Positions 16,132 to 24,441 of a DNA stretch of 32,000 nucleotides are shown here, piece after piece. The translations under genes were made by a program, and so were the position numbers. Under the pieces are notes generated by a model. That model was not told the DNA's origin. It ran no database searches and saw nothing but the letters and a program-made list of their open reading frames with translations. The first letter of the stretch is position 1; each line of letters opens with the position of its first letter. Source of the stretch: Cylindrospermopsis raciborskii Cr2010 (GTDB taxonomy: Bacteria; Cyanobacteriota; Cyanobacteriia; Cyanobacteriales; Nostocaceae); contig NZ_CP065936.1 of assembly GCF_003367075.2 (NCBI RefSeq), forward strand, positions 480,001 to 512,000. Direction: 5' to 3'.

Positions 16132-17313
16132 ATGAATGATTTACCTCGTCAAAAACTCAAGGAAATTATTATTCAATATGGTCGCGACTTATGTGACAAT
16201 CCAAAACGTTGTGGAGCATTCCTGAATGACTACTGTGGACAATATAGACGAGAAATATTTTTGCTTATCAGTGCTTTAAAACAAGGTGTGGCAAAAGACC
16301 TACTCAATTCTGGCAACATTCCTGTTGAAGTGCTATTAGGTAGATTAATTAACCAAATGCAGAATGATTTGGGTTTAACAAAAGAAGCTGCCCAATATGC
16401 AGTTGAAAGTTGGGCCCAGGTTTTAGATAAGATGCCTCAAATAACCACACTACAAAAAACTAGAAGGGCTGAGCAGAAACAAGAAACAACATCTTCAGTA
16501 CCTACACCTAGCAGGTACACACAATTAGAAACCTTATTAAAAGCTAAAAAATTTAAAGAAGCAGATGAAGAAACAAGGAGTGTAATGTTAGCAGTAGCTA
16601 ACAGACAAAGCGAGCGTTGGTTAAGAGTGGAAGATGCGGAAAATTTTCCTTGTGAAGAGTTGCGCACCATTGACAATCTGTGGTTAAAATATAGTGAGGG
16701 TAAATTTGGTATCTCTGTCCAACAAGAAATATACAAAAACCTGGGCGGGACAAAACAATATGATGAGAGAAGAAACCTAAAATTAAAAACAATGAACCTT
16801 ATGGCTGAGCAGAAACAAGAAACAACATCTTCAGTACCTACACCTAGCAGGTACACACAATTAGAAACCTTATTAAAAGCTAAAAAATTTAAAGAAGCAG
16901 ATGAAGAAACAAGGAGTGTAATGTTAGCAGTAGCTAACAGACAAAGCAATGGTTATTTAAGAGTGGAAGATGCAGAAAATTTTCCTTGTAAGGAATTGCG
17001 CACCATTGATAATTTGTGGTTAAAATATAGTCAGGGTAAATTTGGTATCTCTGTCCAACAAGAAATATACAAAAACTTAGGCGGCACAAAACAATTTAAT
17101 TTAAAGGTATGGGAATCCTTCGGAGATAGAATTGGATGGAGGTCAGGAGGTTCATGGCTGTACAGTAGCGGCTTAAACTTTTCACTATCCGCACCAACGG
17201 GTCAACTCCCCACGTGTCGTGTCGGTGTTTGTTGCGTGTTAGTATTTGGGGGTTTTTTATGTGGGTTTGGGAAATGTGGGTGGTCTTCCCTCCTGTCAAG
17301 ACATGTAGAGTAG
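16132..17313 (+). CDS. Unknown N-terminal domain plus two tandem GUN4-like units (first unit truncated); stop codon supplied by an IS insertion
   Basis: A 336-bp internal duplication (16468-16759 ~ 16804-17095) repeats AEQKQETTSSVPTPSRYTQLETLLKAKKFKEADEET...GISVQQEIYKNLGGTKQ. The tail ...SSLLSRHVE* ends in a TAG that is the first 3 nt of the IS terminus at 17311. Confidence 0.75.
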   Translation: MNDLPRQKLKEIIIQYGRDLCDNPKRCGAFLNDYCGQYRREIFLLISALKQGVAKDLLNSGNIPVEVLLGRLINQMQNDLGLTKEAAQYAVESWAQVLDKMPQITTLQKTRRAEQKQETTSSVPTPSRYTQLETLLKAKKFKEADEETRSVMLAVANRQSERWLRVEDAENFPCEELRTIDNLWLKYSEGKFGISVQQEIYKNLGGTKQYDERRNLKLKTMNLMAEQKQETTSSVPTPSRYTQLETLLKAKKFKEADEETRSVMLAVANRQSNGYLRVEDAENFPCKELRTIDNLWLKYSQGKFGISVQQEIYKNLGGTKQFNLKVWESFGDRIGWRSGGSWLYSSGLNFSLSAPTGQLPTCRVGVCCVLVFGGFLCGFGKCGWSSLLSRHVE

Positions 17314-18453
17314 ACATCTCCGGAAATAGCCAAAGCGTTACCAATACTACTTTTTAAGGTGAGACACCCCAATACAAAAGTAGCTGACTGGTATGCTAAA
17401 ATAAGCGTTAGAGATGCCTCTTGTTGGGAATTAACCAAAAGATAACACCTATGTGAGATAATTTATTTTTAGCCAAGTCTAAATCTTGATAACTAAAATA
17501 AGTAGGTTCCTATTCGGAAACGAACAAGTCCACAAATAGTCATGATTACCTGTTCATACTTACTTGAATTTAATCGAAATCTTTCTTGTGCCACTCTGAA
17601 TATTTTCACTACACGAATTAAATGTTCAACAAAAATTCGTTCGGAAGCTAACTCTTTATTTTTTTCTTTTTGTTCAGACGTTAATTCTTGGTTTTAAGGT
17701 TTTTTTGTCGGAGTTTTCATTAACTCCTCTCCTTGATAAGCTTTATCACCACTAAATTTTTGTTTTTTATCAAATATATTTCTGGTTTCACGGAATAAAT
17801 TTACATCACTTTTTGGACCAGGTTTACCCGCTACTACATCAACAATATCTTTACCATTTGGTAAAACGATTAGTTGACTTTTTCTAGTATGACAGGCTTT
17901 TTTACCTGAATAATATTTTTTTTGTTCTTGGTACTCTCCAGGTCTGTCTATAGGCTGTTCATAGCTATCCACTATTAACTCAAATTCTGTTAATATTTCT
18001 TTAACGACTTCGTAATCACTGGAGTTTTTTTTTACCTGTTCTAGCAAACTTGGTGGCAATAATTCTCCTATTATTGGCAACCAATAGTTAAAGATATCAT
18101 TTGCAGTTGTTTCACTTACTCCAAATTGAATACCTAGTAGCTGAAATGTTGTTAACTGCCGTAAATATGTTAATGTTAAGATTATTTGCTCCGACGGTGA
18201 TAATTTGGGTTTGCGCCCTCCACCGCCTTGAATAATTCGGGTTTTTTTTGATTCAACCAATTGTTGTTTCTGATGATGCAGTTTTATGGCTTTTTCCAAA
18301 AGTTGCTGTAACTGCTCATACTTCAGACCCAATAAACGGTGTGATTCGTGAGGATTATTCTGGATATATTCAGATATGTTGCTCATAATAAGTTGCCAAA
18401 AATACCATTTCATATTATTTTATCACACTTTGATTCTTTTTCGGAGATGTCTA
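17311..18453 (-). mobile_element. IS5-family / Harbinger-like insertion sequence, copy 2, 1143 bp
   Basis: Colinear with 4662-5804 (offset 12649) with the same termini. The flanks are not contiguous in the paralogous loci, so an adjacent deletion of about 190 bp is implied. Confidence 0.8.
17493..18413 (-). pseudogene. IS5-family transposase with a premature stop
   Basis: A single substitution relative to copy 1 (CCTAAAAAC -> CCTTAAAAC in the coding sense) gives ...PTKKP* at 17694. This removes the C-terminal ~67 aa, including the ERIFVEH region. Confidence 0.8.
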
Positions 18454-18752
18454 TTTGTTATATCTAACTCATCCCAAAAGAGCTTTAGTTGTCCCGGTGA
18501 TGTTCCCTTCTTTTTTTGATTTGGTTTCATCCCGGCTAAAAGTTTACTCCCCCACCGGTTTTTTTCTACCTTTTTCGGTTGAGGACGATATTTTTGACAA
18601 AATCCTTTATAAATATTTGCACACTCATCTAAAGTCTTGCCTAATGCTAAAAAGGCTGGATGCCATGTTGTTACTCCATCACTACCTAACCTCTCATGTA
18701 CTCCATAGTTACTAAAATCATAAAACATTCCCTGTTGTATTCCTGCTGCTTT
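18454..18752 (-). pseudogene. RAYT 3' remnant (about 95 codons), truncated at both ends
   Basis: GMFYDFSNYGVHERLGSDGVTTWHPAFLALGKTLDECANIYKGFCQKYRPQPKKVEKNRWGSKLLAGMKPNQKKKGTSPGQLKLFWDELDIT matches RAYT residues about 135-235. The 3' end is cut by the IS at 18453. The 5' end is cut by the palindromic element at 18753. Confidence 0.8.
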
Positions 18753-19300
18753 TGACGGAAAACGTTTTCCGTCAATCTTTTACCAAACGGGAACCGAACA
18801 TGAAATGAGCCTAGATATAAATTCTCCTTCCTGGAGGAGAGCGATCTCCCAAAGGGAGTGCTGCGCAATCGCCCTTCAGCATGTTCAAGTTTTTCCCTTC
18901 AGAAGGAATCGGGGGATAATCACTAAGAGCGATCGCCCGTAGTGGGTGTAATGCGATCGCCCGTAGGGAGTGCTTCGCAATCGCCCTACGGAATAAATAT
19001 TGATTGAGATCCCCAGAAGCTTGTTACCCAAACTGCGATCGCCCCTTTATACATTCAGATTTTCCCCTTGAGAAGAAACCAGGGGCATTTCTAAATGCGA
19101 GATCCCGTAGGGAGTGCAAAGCGATCGCCTGTCCTCATGTTCAGTATTTTCCATTGAGAAGGAAGTAGAGACGATTCCCACAAGCGATCGCCCGGCAAAT
19201 ATCCTAAAAGCATTGAAATAACTGATTTATCTTTTGACAGAAAACGTTTTCCGTCACTATTTAACATAGATTTGGAAACGTCATATATCAGGCGATCGCG
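18753..19300. repeat. SDR / palindromic-element cluster
   Basis: Contains GACGGAAAACGTTTTCCGTC (perfect 20-bp palindrome) with its CAATCTTTTACCAAACGGGAACCGAACATGAAATGAGCCTAG arm. Also holds several GCGATCGCCCGTAGGGAGTGCTTCGCAATCGCC-type units and TTCCCTTGAGAAG units. Confidence 0.75.
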
Positions 19301-19313
19301 CCGAAGAGCATGA

Positions 19314-19958
19314 GTACCACATTTATTGCTAGGTAATCCCAGCATCGCTAAAAACAGTATTGATAGTTCAAATAACTATCTGATGGTCAAGAAGCAATAC
19401 GCTTTATCTTATAATCGCAGTCATGGGACTGCTAATTGGGTAGCCTGGGAACTTAACCAATCGTGGCTAGGAAATGCAGAAAGACAAGATAATTTCAGAC
19501 CTGATCCAACTCTTCCGAAACAGTGGAAACGAATAAAACCAAGTATTTATAAAGGTTCTGGATACGATAGAGGACATTTAGTTCCTTCTGGAGATAGGAA
19601 GGCAAACATTGAAGATAATTCATCTACCTTCCTGATGACTAATATCATTCCACAAACGCCAGATAATAATAGAAACACCTGGGGGAACCTAGAAGATTAC
19701 AGCAGGGATTTAGTAGAACAAGGTAAAACCCTATACATTATTGCTGGTACTTGGGGAAGTCAAGGAAAAATCAATAATCTGGTCAATATCCCCAAATACA
19801 CTTGGAAAATTATTGTTGTACTGGATCACCCATCATCGCACTTTAGTTTATTCTCAATGGTAGGCGCGATCGCACTTCTTAAGGAAAAACAGTTGAATCT
19901 GTTCTTATTAATTGGCGTGCGATGGCAGTTGAGCATATTACAAGAGGAATATTGTTGA
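19314..19958 (+). pseudogene. DNA/RNA non-specific endonuclease (NucA/EndoG beta-beta-alpha-Me family), apparently truncated at both ends
   Basis: GYDRGHLVPSGDR (DRGH catalytic motif), NIIPQTPDNNRNTW, and HLLLGNPS near the N-terminus. The frame opens at 19314 directly after a stop, and only a TTG (19326) is available. There is no signal peptide. Family similarity is lost after ...VVLDHPSS (about 19845). Confidence 0.6.
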
Positions 19959-20262
19959 ATCTATATTTGGTAACAAGTAATGAGATTTGTATTTGAATGC
20001 CTACTATTTTTTATAAAAGTAAATAAATGAAGAAGTTTTTTGTATGTAATTATATTGCGGTACAGGCAGTTAGTTATGTCTTTTCATGGGAAAATAGTAA
20101 ATCTATAAGTTTTTAATAAAGTAAATGTATTTATAGGAAAGTAGTGAAGGAGGAGATAGATACAGAGAATAAAAAAATACAGAAAGAGTACGGATAGAGG
20201 ATAAGAGGGAGTGAAAGTAAGATAAGTGCAATTATCAGTAGTTCATTCGGGAGGTTTTTCTA

Positions 20263-21126
20263 TTGTCTACCATCTCTGTCTTGTCTAACCCCTCTACTAC
20301 AATTACCAAAGAAGATTCTATTACTAATGCTATTAATCAATGGTTATATGGTAAATCTACACACTCTAAAAGAAGCTATAATAGGGTAATTCGTAGTTAC
20401 ATATCTTATTTAGATGATATCCATATAGCTAATTCTACTGCTGCTCATTTTAGAGATTACCAGGAATATCTCTATCAATCTGGTAAAACTATTAATACTA
20501 TTAACACTTACACCAATATAATAAAATCCTTCTTTACTTTTCTTAGAGATGAGAGTGTACTTCCTACTAATATCACCCATCGTGTTAAATCTCCTAAGCC
20601 TGTCTCTGCTTTACGTGAAAGAATTTTAACTCGAGCAGAAGTAGATGCTATGATTACATTAGAAACTAATACACGTAATCGACTTATCTTAGAGCTATTA
20701 TTCTTTTGTGGACTTAGAGTTAGTGAATTAACTATACTTCTCTGGGCAGATATTAAAGATAATGGTTCTACTGCTTATGTTCATATTACTGGTAAAGGTA
20801 ACAAACAACGCACTTTAATCATTCCTCCTTTACTATGGACATCTTTAAAGTCGCATAAAACTACTAATGAGTCTCCTGTATTTAAATCTCGCAAGGGTGG
20901 TAAAAATCTTACACAAAAAGCTGTTTGGGATATTGTTCGCACTGCTTCTAAAAGAATTGGTATCAGCGCCAGTCCCCATTGGCTCCGCCACACTCATGCT
21001 ACCTTAGCTTTACACAATGGTGCTGATATTAATCAAGTTTCTACATCTTTAGGTCATTCTTCTGTTGCTACTACAACTAAATATCTACATGCCCGACCTA
21101 ATGATTGTAGTAGTCTTTATCTATAG
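20263..21126 (+). CDS. Tyrosine recombinase / phage-type integrase (XerC/D-like)
   Basis: Catalytic signature in order: GLRVSEL (Arg), GKGNKQR (Lys), HWLRHTHAT (His-x-x-Arg), LGHSSVATTTKYLH (His...Tyr). TTG start 9 nt after GGGAGG. Visibly lower GC and a T-rich third-codon position compared with the neighbours. Confidence 0.85.
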   Translation: MSTISVLSNPSTTITKEDSITNAINQWLYGKSTHSKRSYNRVIRSYISYLDDIHIANSTAAHFRDYQEYLYQSGKTINTINTYTNIIKSFFTFLRDESVLPTNITHRVKSPKPVSALRERILTRAEVDAMITLETNTRNRLILELLFFCGLRVSELTILLWADIKDNGSTAYVHITGKGNKQRTLIIPPLLWTSLKSHKTTNESPVFKSRKGGKNLTQKAVWDIVRTASKRIGISASPHWLRHTHATLALHNGADINQVSTSLGHSSVATTTKYLHARPNDCSSLYL

Positions 21127-21139
21127 ATACTTAAATGAA

Positions 21140-21168
21140 AGAGGGAAGATTATCCTCCCTCTTTTTTA
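21140..21168 (+). terminator. Rho-independent terminator of the recombinase gene
   Basis: AGAGGGA / TCCCTCT stem (21140-21146 / 21156-21162) followed by a T tract. Confidence 0.65.
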
Positions 21169-21241
21169 TTTGTCTTAACACTTAGTTCTCTTATGAAAGT
21201 TAAAGTTTGCGAATTTACTTATCTACACTAAATATACTCAA

Positions 21242-22624
21242 TTCGCAATACCTATTCCTTCTTGCGAAGGTCAAGACCGTCTTCACCGTTGAAGATGGTA
21301 ATCCTATAAAAAAGTCGCAATACCTATTCCTTCTTGCGAAGGTCAAGACCACCCTGGAGGACGGAGTGAATGTGGATGTCGTCTCTAAGTCGCAATACCT
21401 ATTCCTTCTTGCGAAGGTCAAGACCAGAGTGATGCCCTCAAACAAACACCTTCTAGAAACCTAGAGTCGCAATACCTATTCCTTCTTGCGAAGGTCAAGA
21501 CTGAGTTGGTTATCTCGATTGTTGCTGCAATTGTTTCAGGTCGCAATACCTATTCCTTCTTGCGAAGGTCAAGACAAGCTTAATTCCGCAATTAAGCTAG
21601 TTCTGGCAGAAGACCGTCGCAATACCTATTCCTTCTTGCGAAGGTCAAGACTATTCCTGAACCAAGACGGCAATGCTGTTAAAAACAAGTCGCAATACCT
21701 ATTCCTTCTTGCGAAGGTCAAGACTTAGAGGAGGTATAGAACTCTTCGAAAACGGTGGTGAGTCGCAATACCTATTCCTTCTTGCGAAGGTCAAGACGGT
21801 TGCCTCAGACTTTGAATACCTGTATGGTATTTAATTGTCGCAATACCTATTCCTTCTTGCGAAGGTCAAGACAATATGAGTCCTGGACACCCCAAGAGGT
21901 TACTACTTCTTGGTCGCAATACCTATTCCTTCTTGCGAAGGTCAAGACCCACCACCTCACATCTTTGACATCTTGTCAGTGTTGTGTGTCGCAATACCTA
22001 TTCCTTCTTGCGAAGGTCAAGACGGTACTGTCCTTTTTACACAACTACAGCCGTACCTCTGGTCGCAATACCTATTCCTTCTTGCGAAGGTCAAGACATG
22101 AACAATGGTGTTAGAGAGTCTTGGATAGATGGTCGCAATACCTATTCCTTCTTGCGAAGGTCAAGACCAGAGCGATTGATTGACCATCTAGAGGGGAATG
22201 GCTAGTCGCAATACCTATTCCTTCTTGCGAAGGTCAAGACTACCAATTGGTAAGGAGCAACCATGAAATGCTCATGGCAGCCGACCAGTTGTCGCAATAC
22301 CTATTCCTTCTTGCGAAGGTCAAGACTGTTTTCTGTTAGAGGCGCGGCCCCTAACAGTTTTAAGTCGCAATACCTATTCCTTCTTGCGAAGGTCAAGACA
22401 GAGCTGGCAGTTTATTGACATGACCCAAGGACAATGGGTGTCGCAATACCTATTCCTTCTTGCGAAGGTCAAGACCCACCAATCGTTTTTCAGCATTAAT
22501 CCCTCGTCTGAATTGTCGCAATACCTATTCCTTCTTGCGAAGGTCAAGACATTGTTAGAGGAATTGAGAGAGAGACTGAAAGATTGTCGTCGCAATACCT
22601 ATTCCTTCTTGCGAAGGTCAAGAC
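21242..22624 (-). CRISPR. CRISPR array: 19 x 36-bp repeats and 18 spacers of 34-41 bp (one of 50 bp); no adjacent cas genes
   Basis: Repeat starts at 21242, 21314, 21389, 21466, 21540, 21616, 21689, 21762, 21837, 21913, 21988, 22062, 22132, 22205, 22291, 22364, 22440, 22515 and 22589. Eighteen repeats are identical; the one at 21242 has T for G at its outermost base. All spacers are unique. The minus-strand call rests on leader position, the degenerate distal repeat and the ATTGCGAC 3' end. The hairpin position argues weakly for the plus strand. Confidence 0.97.
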
Positions 22625-23130
22625 CCCTCCATTTTAACCCCTTACCCTGACTGGTGTCTAGACCCACTTTGCGAAGGTCAGCAAAATTTCTCTGTTTTTC
22701 ACCTCCAGCACCATCAAAATAATGGCTGAAACCTTTACACCACAAGGCTGCGAGGTTCCCAACGAAATAATAGGCATTCCAGCGTTTTTTCTTGACCTTC
22801 GCAATCTCTTCGTTAATTACTGTTTTTTTTGTCTTTATTTTTATCATTATTCTTTCTTATTACTTAAATATTTATATCGATTTTCCCCTATATTCCCCCG
22901 TATTATAACACATTTACAGCAAAATAATTCCCTAAAAATTATGTATATTTTCTTTTTATTGTGAATACGCTACTGTAAGTTACTGGGTGCAAAACTTTAA
23001 AAGTATATTTCATTGTCTGGATAAAAATGTATAGCTATAATTTAATATCTTAAAATACAATACTAACTTACATAGCTACATCCAATTAAACAGTATACGC
23101 TAAAATTCTTGGAGTAATGGCTTTATGCAC
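22625..23130 (-). promoter_or_regulatory. CRISPR leader (AT-rich, about 500 bp) with a candidate extended -10 promoter
   Basis: It directly abuts the perfect repeat at 22589-22624 and is duplicated, with an attached repeat, at 5919-6424. TGTTATAAT lies on the minus strand at 22902-22910 and is conserved in both copies. Confidence 0.6.
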
Positions 23131-23522
23131 TGACGAAAAACGTTTTCCGTCAATCTTTTACCAACCGCGAACCGAACATGAAACGTGCCTAGAGGAGAGC
23201 GATCTCGCGTAGCGAGTGCTGCGCTATCTCCCGTAGGGAGTGCTTCGCAATCGCCCGTAGGGAGTGCTTCGCAATCCCCCTCCAAATATCCCCAAAACTT
23301 TGAAATAACTGATTTATCCTTTGACGGAAAACGTTTACCGTCAAAGTTTTACCAAATGGGAACCGAACATGAAATGAGCCTGGATATGAATTCTGCTTCC
23401 TGTAGCAAAGCGATCTCGCGTAGCGAGTGCTTCGCAATCGCCCGTAGGGAGTGCAATGCGATCTCCCGTAGGGAGTGCTGCGCAATCGCCCGTAGGGAGT
23501 GCTTCGCAATCGCTCATAGGGG
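23131..23522. repeat. SDR / palindromic-element cluster
   Basis: Two copies of the GACGNAAAACGTTTNCCGTC element (23132-23151, 23324-23343) with their arms. Also runs of the 24-nt CCGTAGGGAGTGCTTCGCAATCGC unit. The long ORFs here (for example 23185-23643) are translations of these repeats. Confidence 0.8.
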
Positions 23523-23603
23523 GAAGACGAACCCTAGGAAATTCGCAAGGGAAATGCTTCCGAACCAGGGTGCGAGGGCAGAATCCAACCCAGTATCTAC
23601 CAG

Positions 23604-23717
23604 GTCGCAATACTTATTCCTTCTTACGAAGGTCAAGATGTAGCTGTAAAACAATCAAATACCTCTTTAGTTGTACAAGCAGTCGCAATACCTATTCCTT
23701 CTTACGAAGGTCGAGAC
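23604..23717 (-). CRISPR. Degenerate two-repeat mini-array, copy B
   Basis: GTCGCAATACTTATTCCTTCTTACGAAGGTCAAGAT, a 42-bp spacer, then GTCGCAATACCTATTCCTTCTTACGAAGGTCGAGAC. This is the exact reverse complement of 8210-8323. It has the same orientation as the main array and lies about 470 bp upstream of its leader. Confidence 0.5.
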
Positions 23718-23835
23718 ATATTTCATATTAATTAGTCTTTTGCCAAATTACCCGAGGTCTATGCTACCATGTCCCACACATTTTTCCAGAACATACTGAA
23801 AGCGAATGATCTTTTGTCAACCTCCTACAATTCTA

Positions 23836-24441
23836 CTAATCAGTAATCGCATTCATTAAAACTTCTGTTAAACTCATTTCTTCTAACTCATCTAAAGTCA
23901 CAGTGTCACAAATATCAAATTTAGCTCCTACACTTTGTAACTGGTCATCGAGAGTTTTGAGAAATTTTGTAGCTTGCGGATCCCTACCTACTTGAATTAG
24001 AGAAATTGCTAATTCCTCATCTTTATCCATTTTGCGAGAGGCCTTAATAACTACTTCAAAAACTGCTTTCCGATCATCCGGTTCGCCATCAGTAATCACT
24101 AGAATGGTTTCACCATTCGGTTTGGCTTGACCAGATGCTTTACGTTGAAAATATTGATTAGTAGCATCTAAAAGCACTCCAGCTAAATTGGTTGCACCAA
24201 CAGGATCATTTTCTTGAAATATTTGGGCAACCTTTGCTGCTGTCACATTTTCGTATCGTTTAAATCTACCGGAAAATACATAAACAGTAATACCATCTGG
24301 GTCAAATTCCTCACACTTTCTGGCTAGGGCTATGGTAGATTCTTGGGCTATTTCCCATCTGGTTTTTCCACCCCGTTGATCTCGAGTTGACATGCTCCCA
24401 CTTTTATCAATGATTAGCGTATAGTCGCGATCGTTCAACAT
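23836..24441 (-). CDS. von Willebrand factor type A (vWA) domain protein, TerY-like
   Basis: MIDAS motif DKSGSMS at residues 12-18. T in GATNLAGVL and ITDGEPDD complete the vWA metal site. A 201-aa single-domain protein. Confidence 0.8.
   Translation of the reverse strand: MLNDRDYTLIIDKSGSMSTRDQRGGKTRWEIAQESTIALARKCEEFDPDGITVYVFSGRFKRYENVTAAKVAQIFQENDPVGATNLAGVLLDATNQYFQRKASGQAKPNGETILVITDGEPDDRKAVFEVVIKASRKMDKDEELAISLIQVGRDPQATKFLKTLDDQLQSVGAKFDICDTVTLDELEEMSLTEVLMNAITD

Noticed and set aside
21207-22650. Many 60-120-aa ORFs on both strands (for example 21207-21464, 21755-22114, 22384-22650) with recurring peptides SQYLFLLAKVKT / RNTYSFLRRSR / VAIPIPSCEGQD
   Set aside because: They are three-frame translations of the 36-bp CRISPR repeat interrupted by spacers, not genes.
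23185-23731. ORFs of 90-150 aa with GDCEALPTGD / RSPVGSASQSP / AIAKHSLRE periodicity. Similar ones occur at 15341-15696, 18686-19345, 7789-7880 and 27253-27503
   Set aside because: These are translations of tandem 24-nt SDR/HIP1 units in different frames. There are no start or RBS context and no non-repeat sequence.
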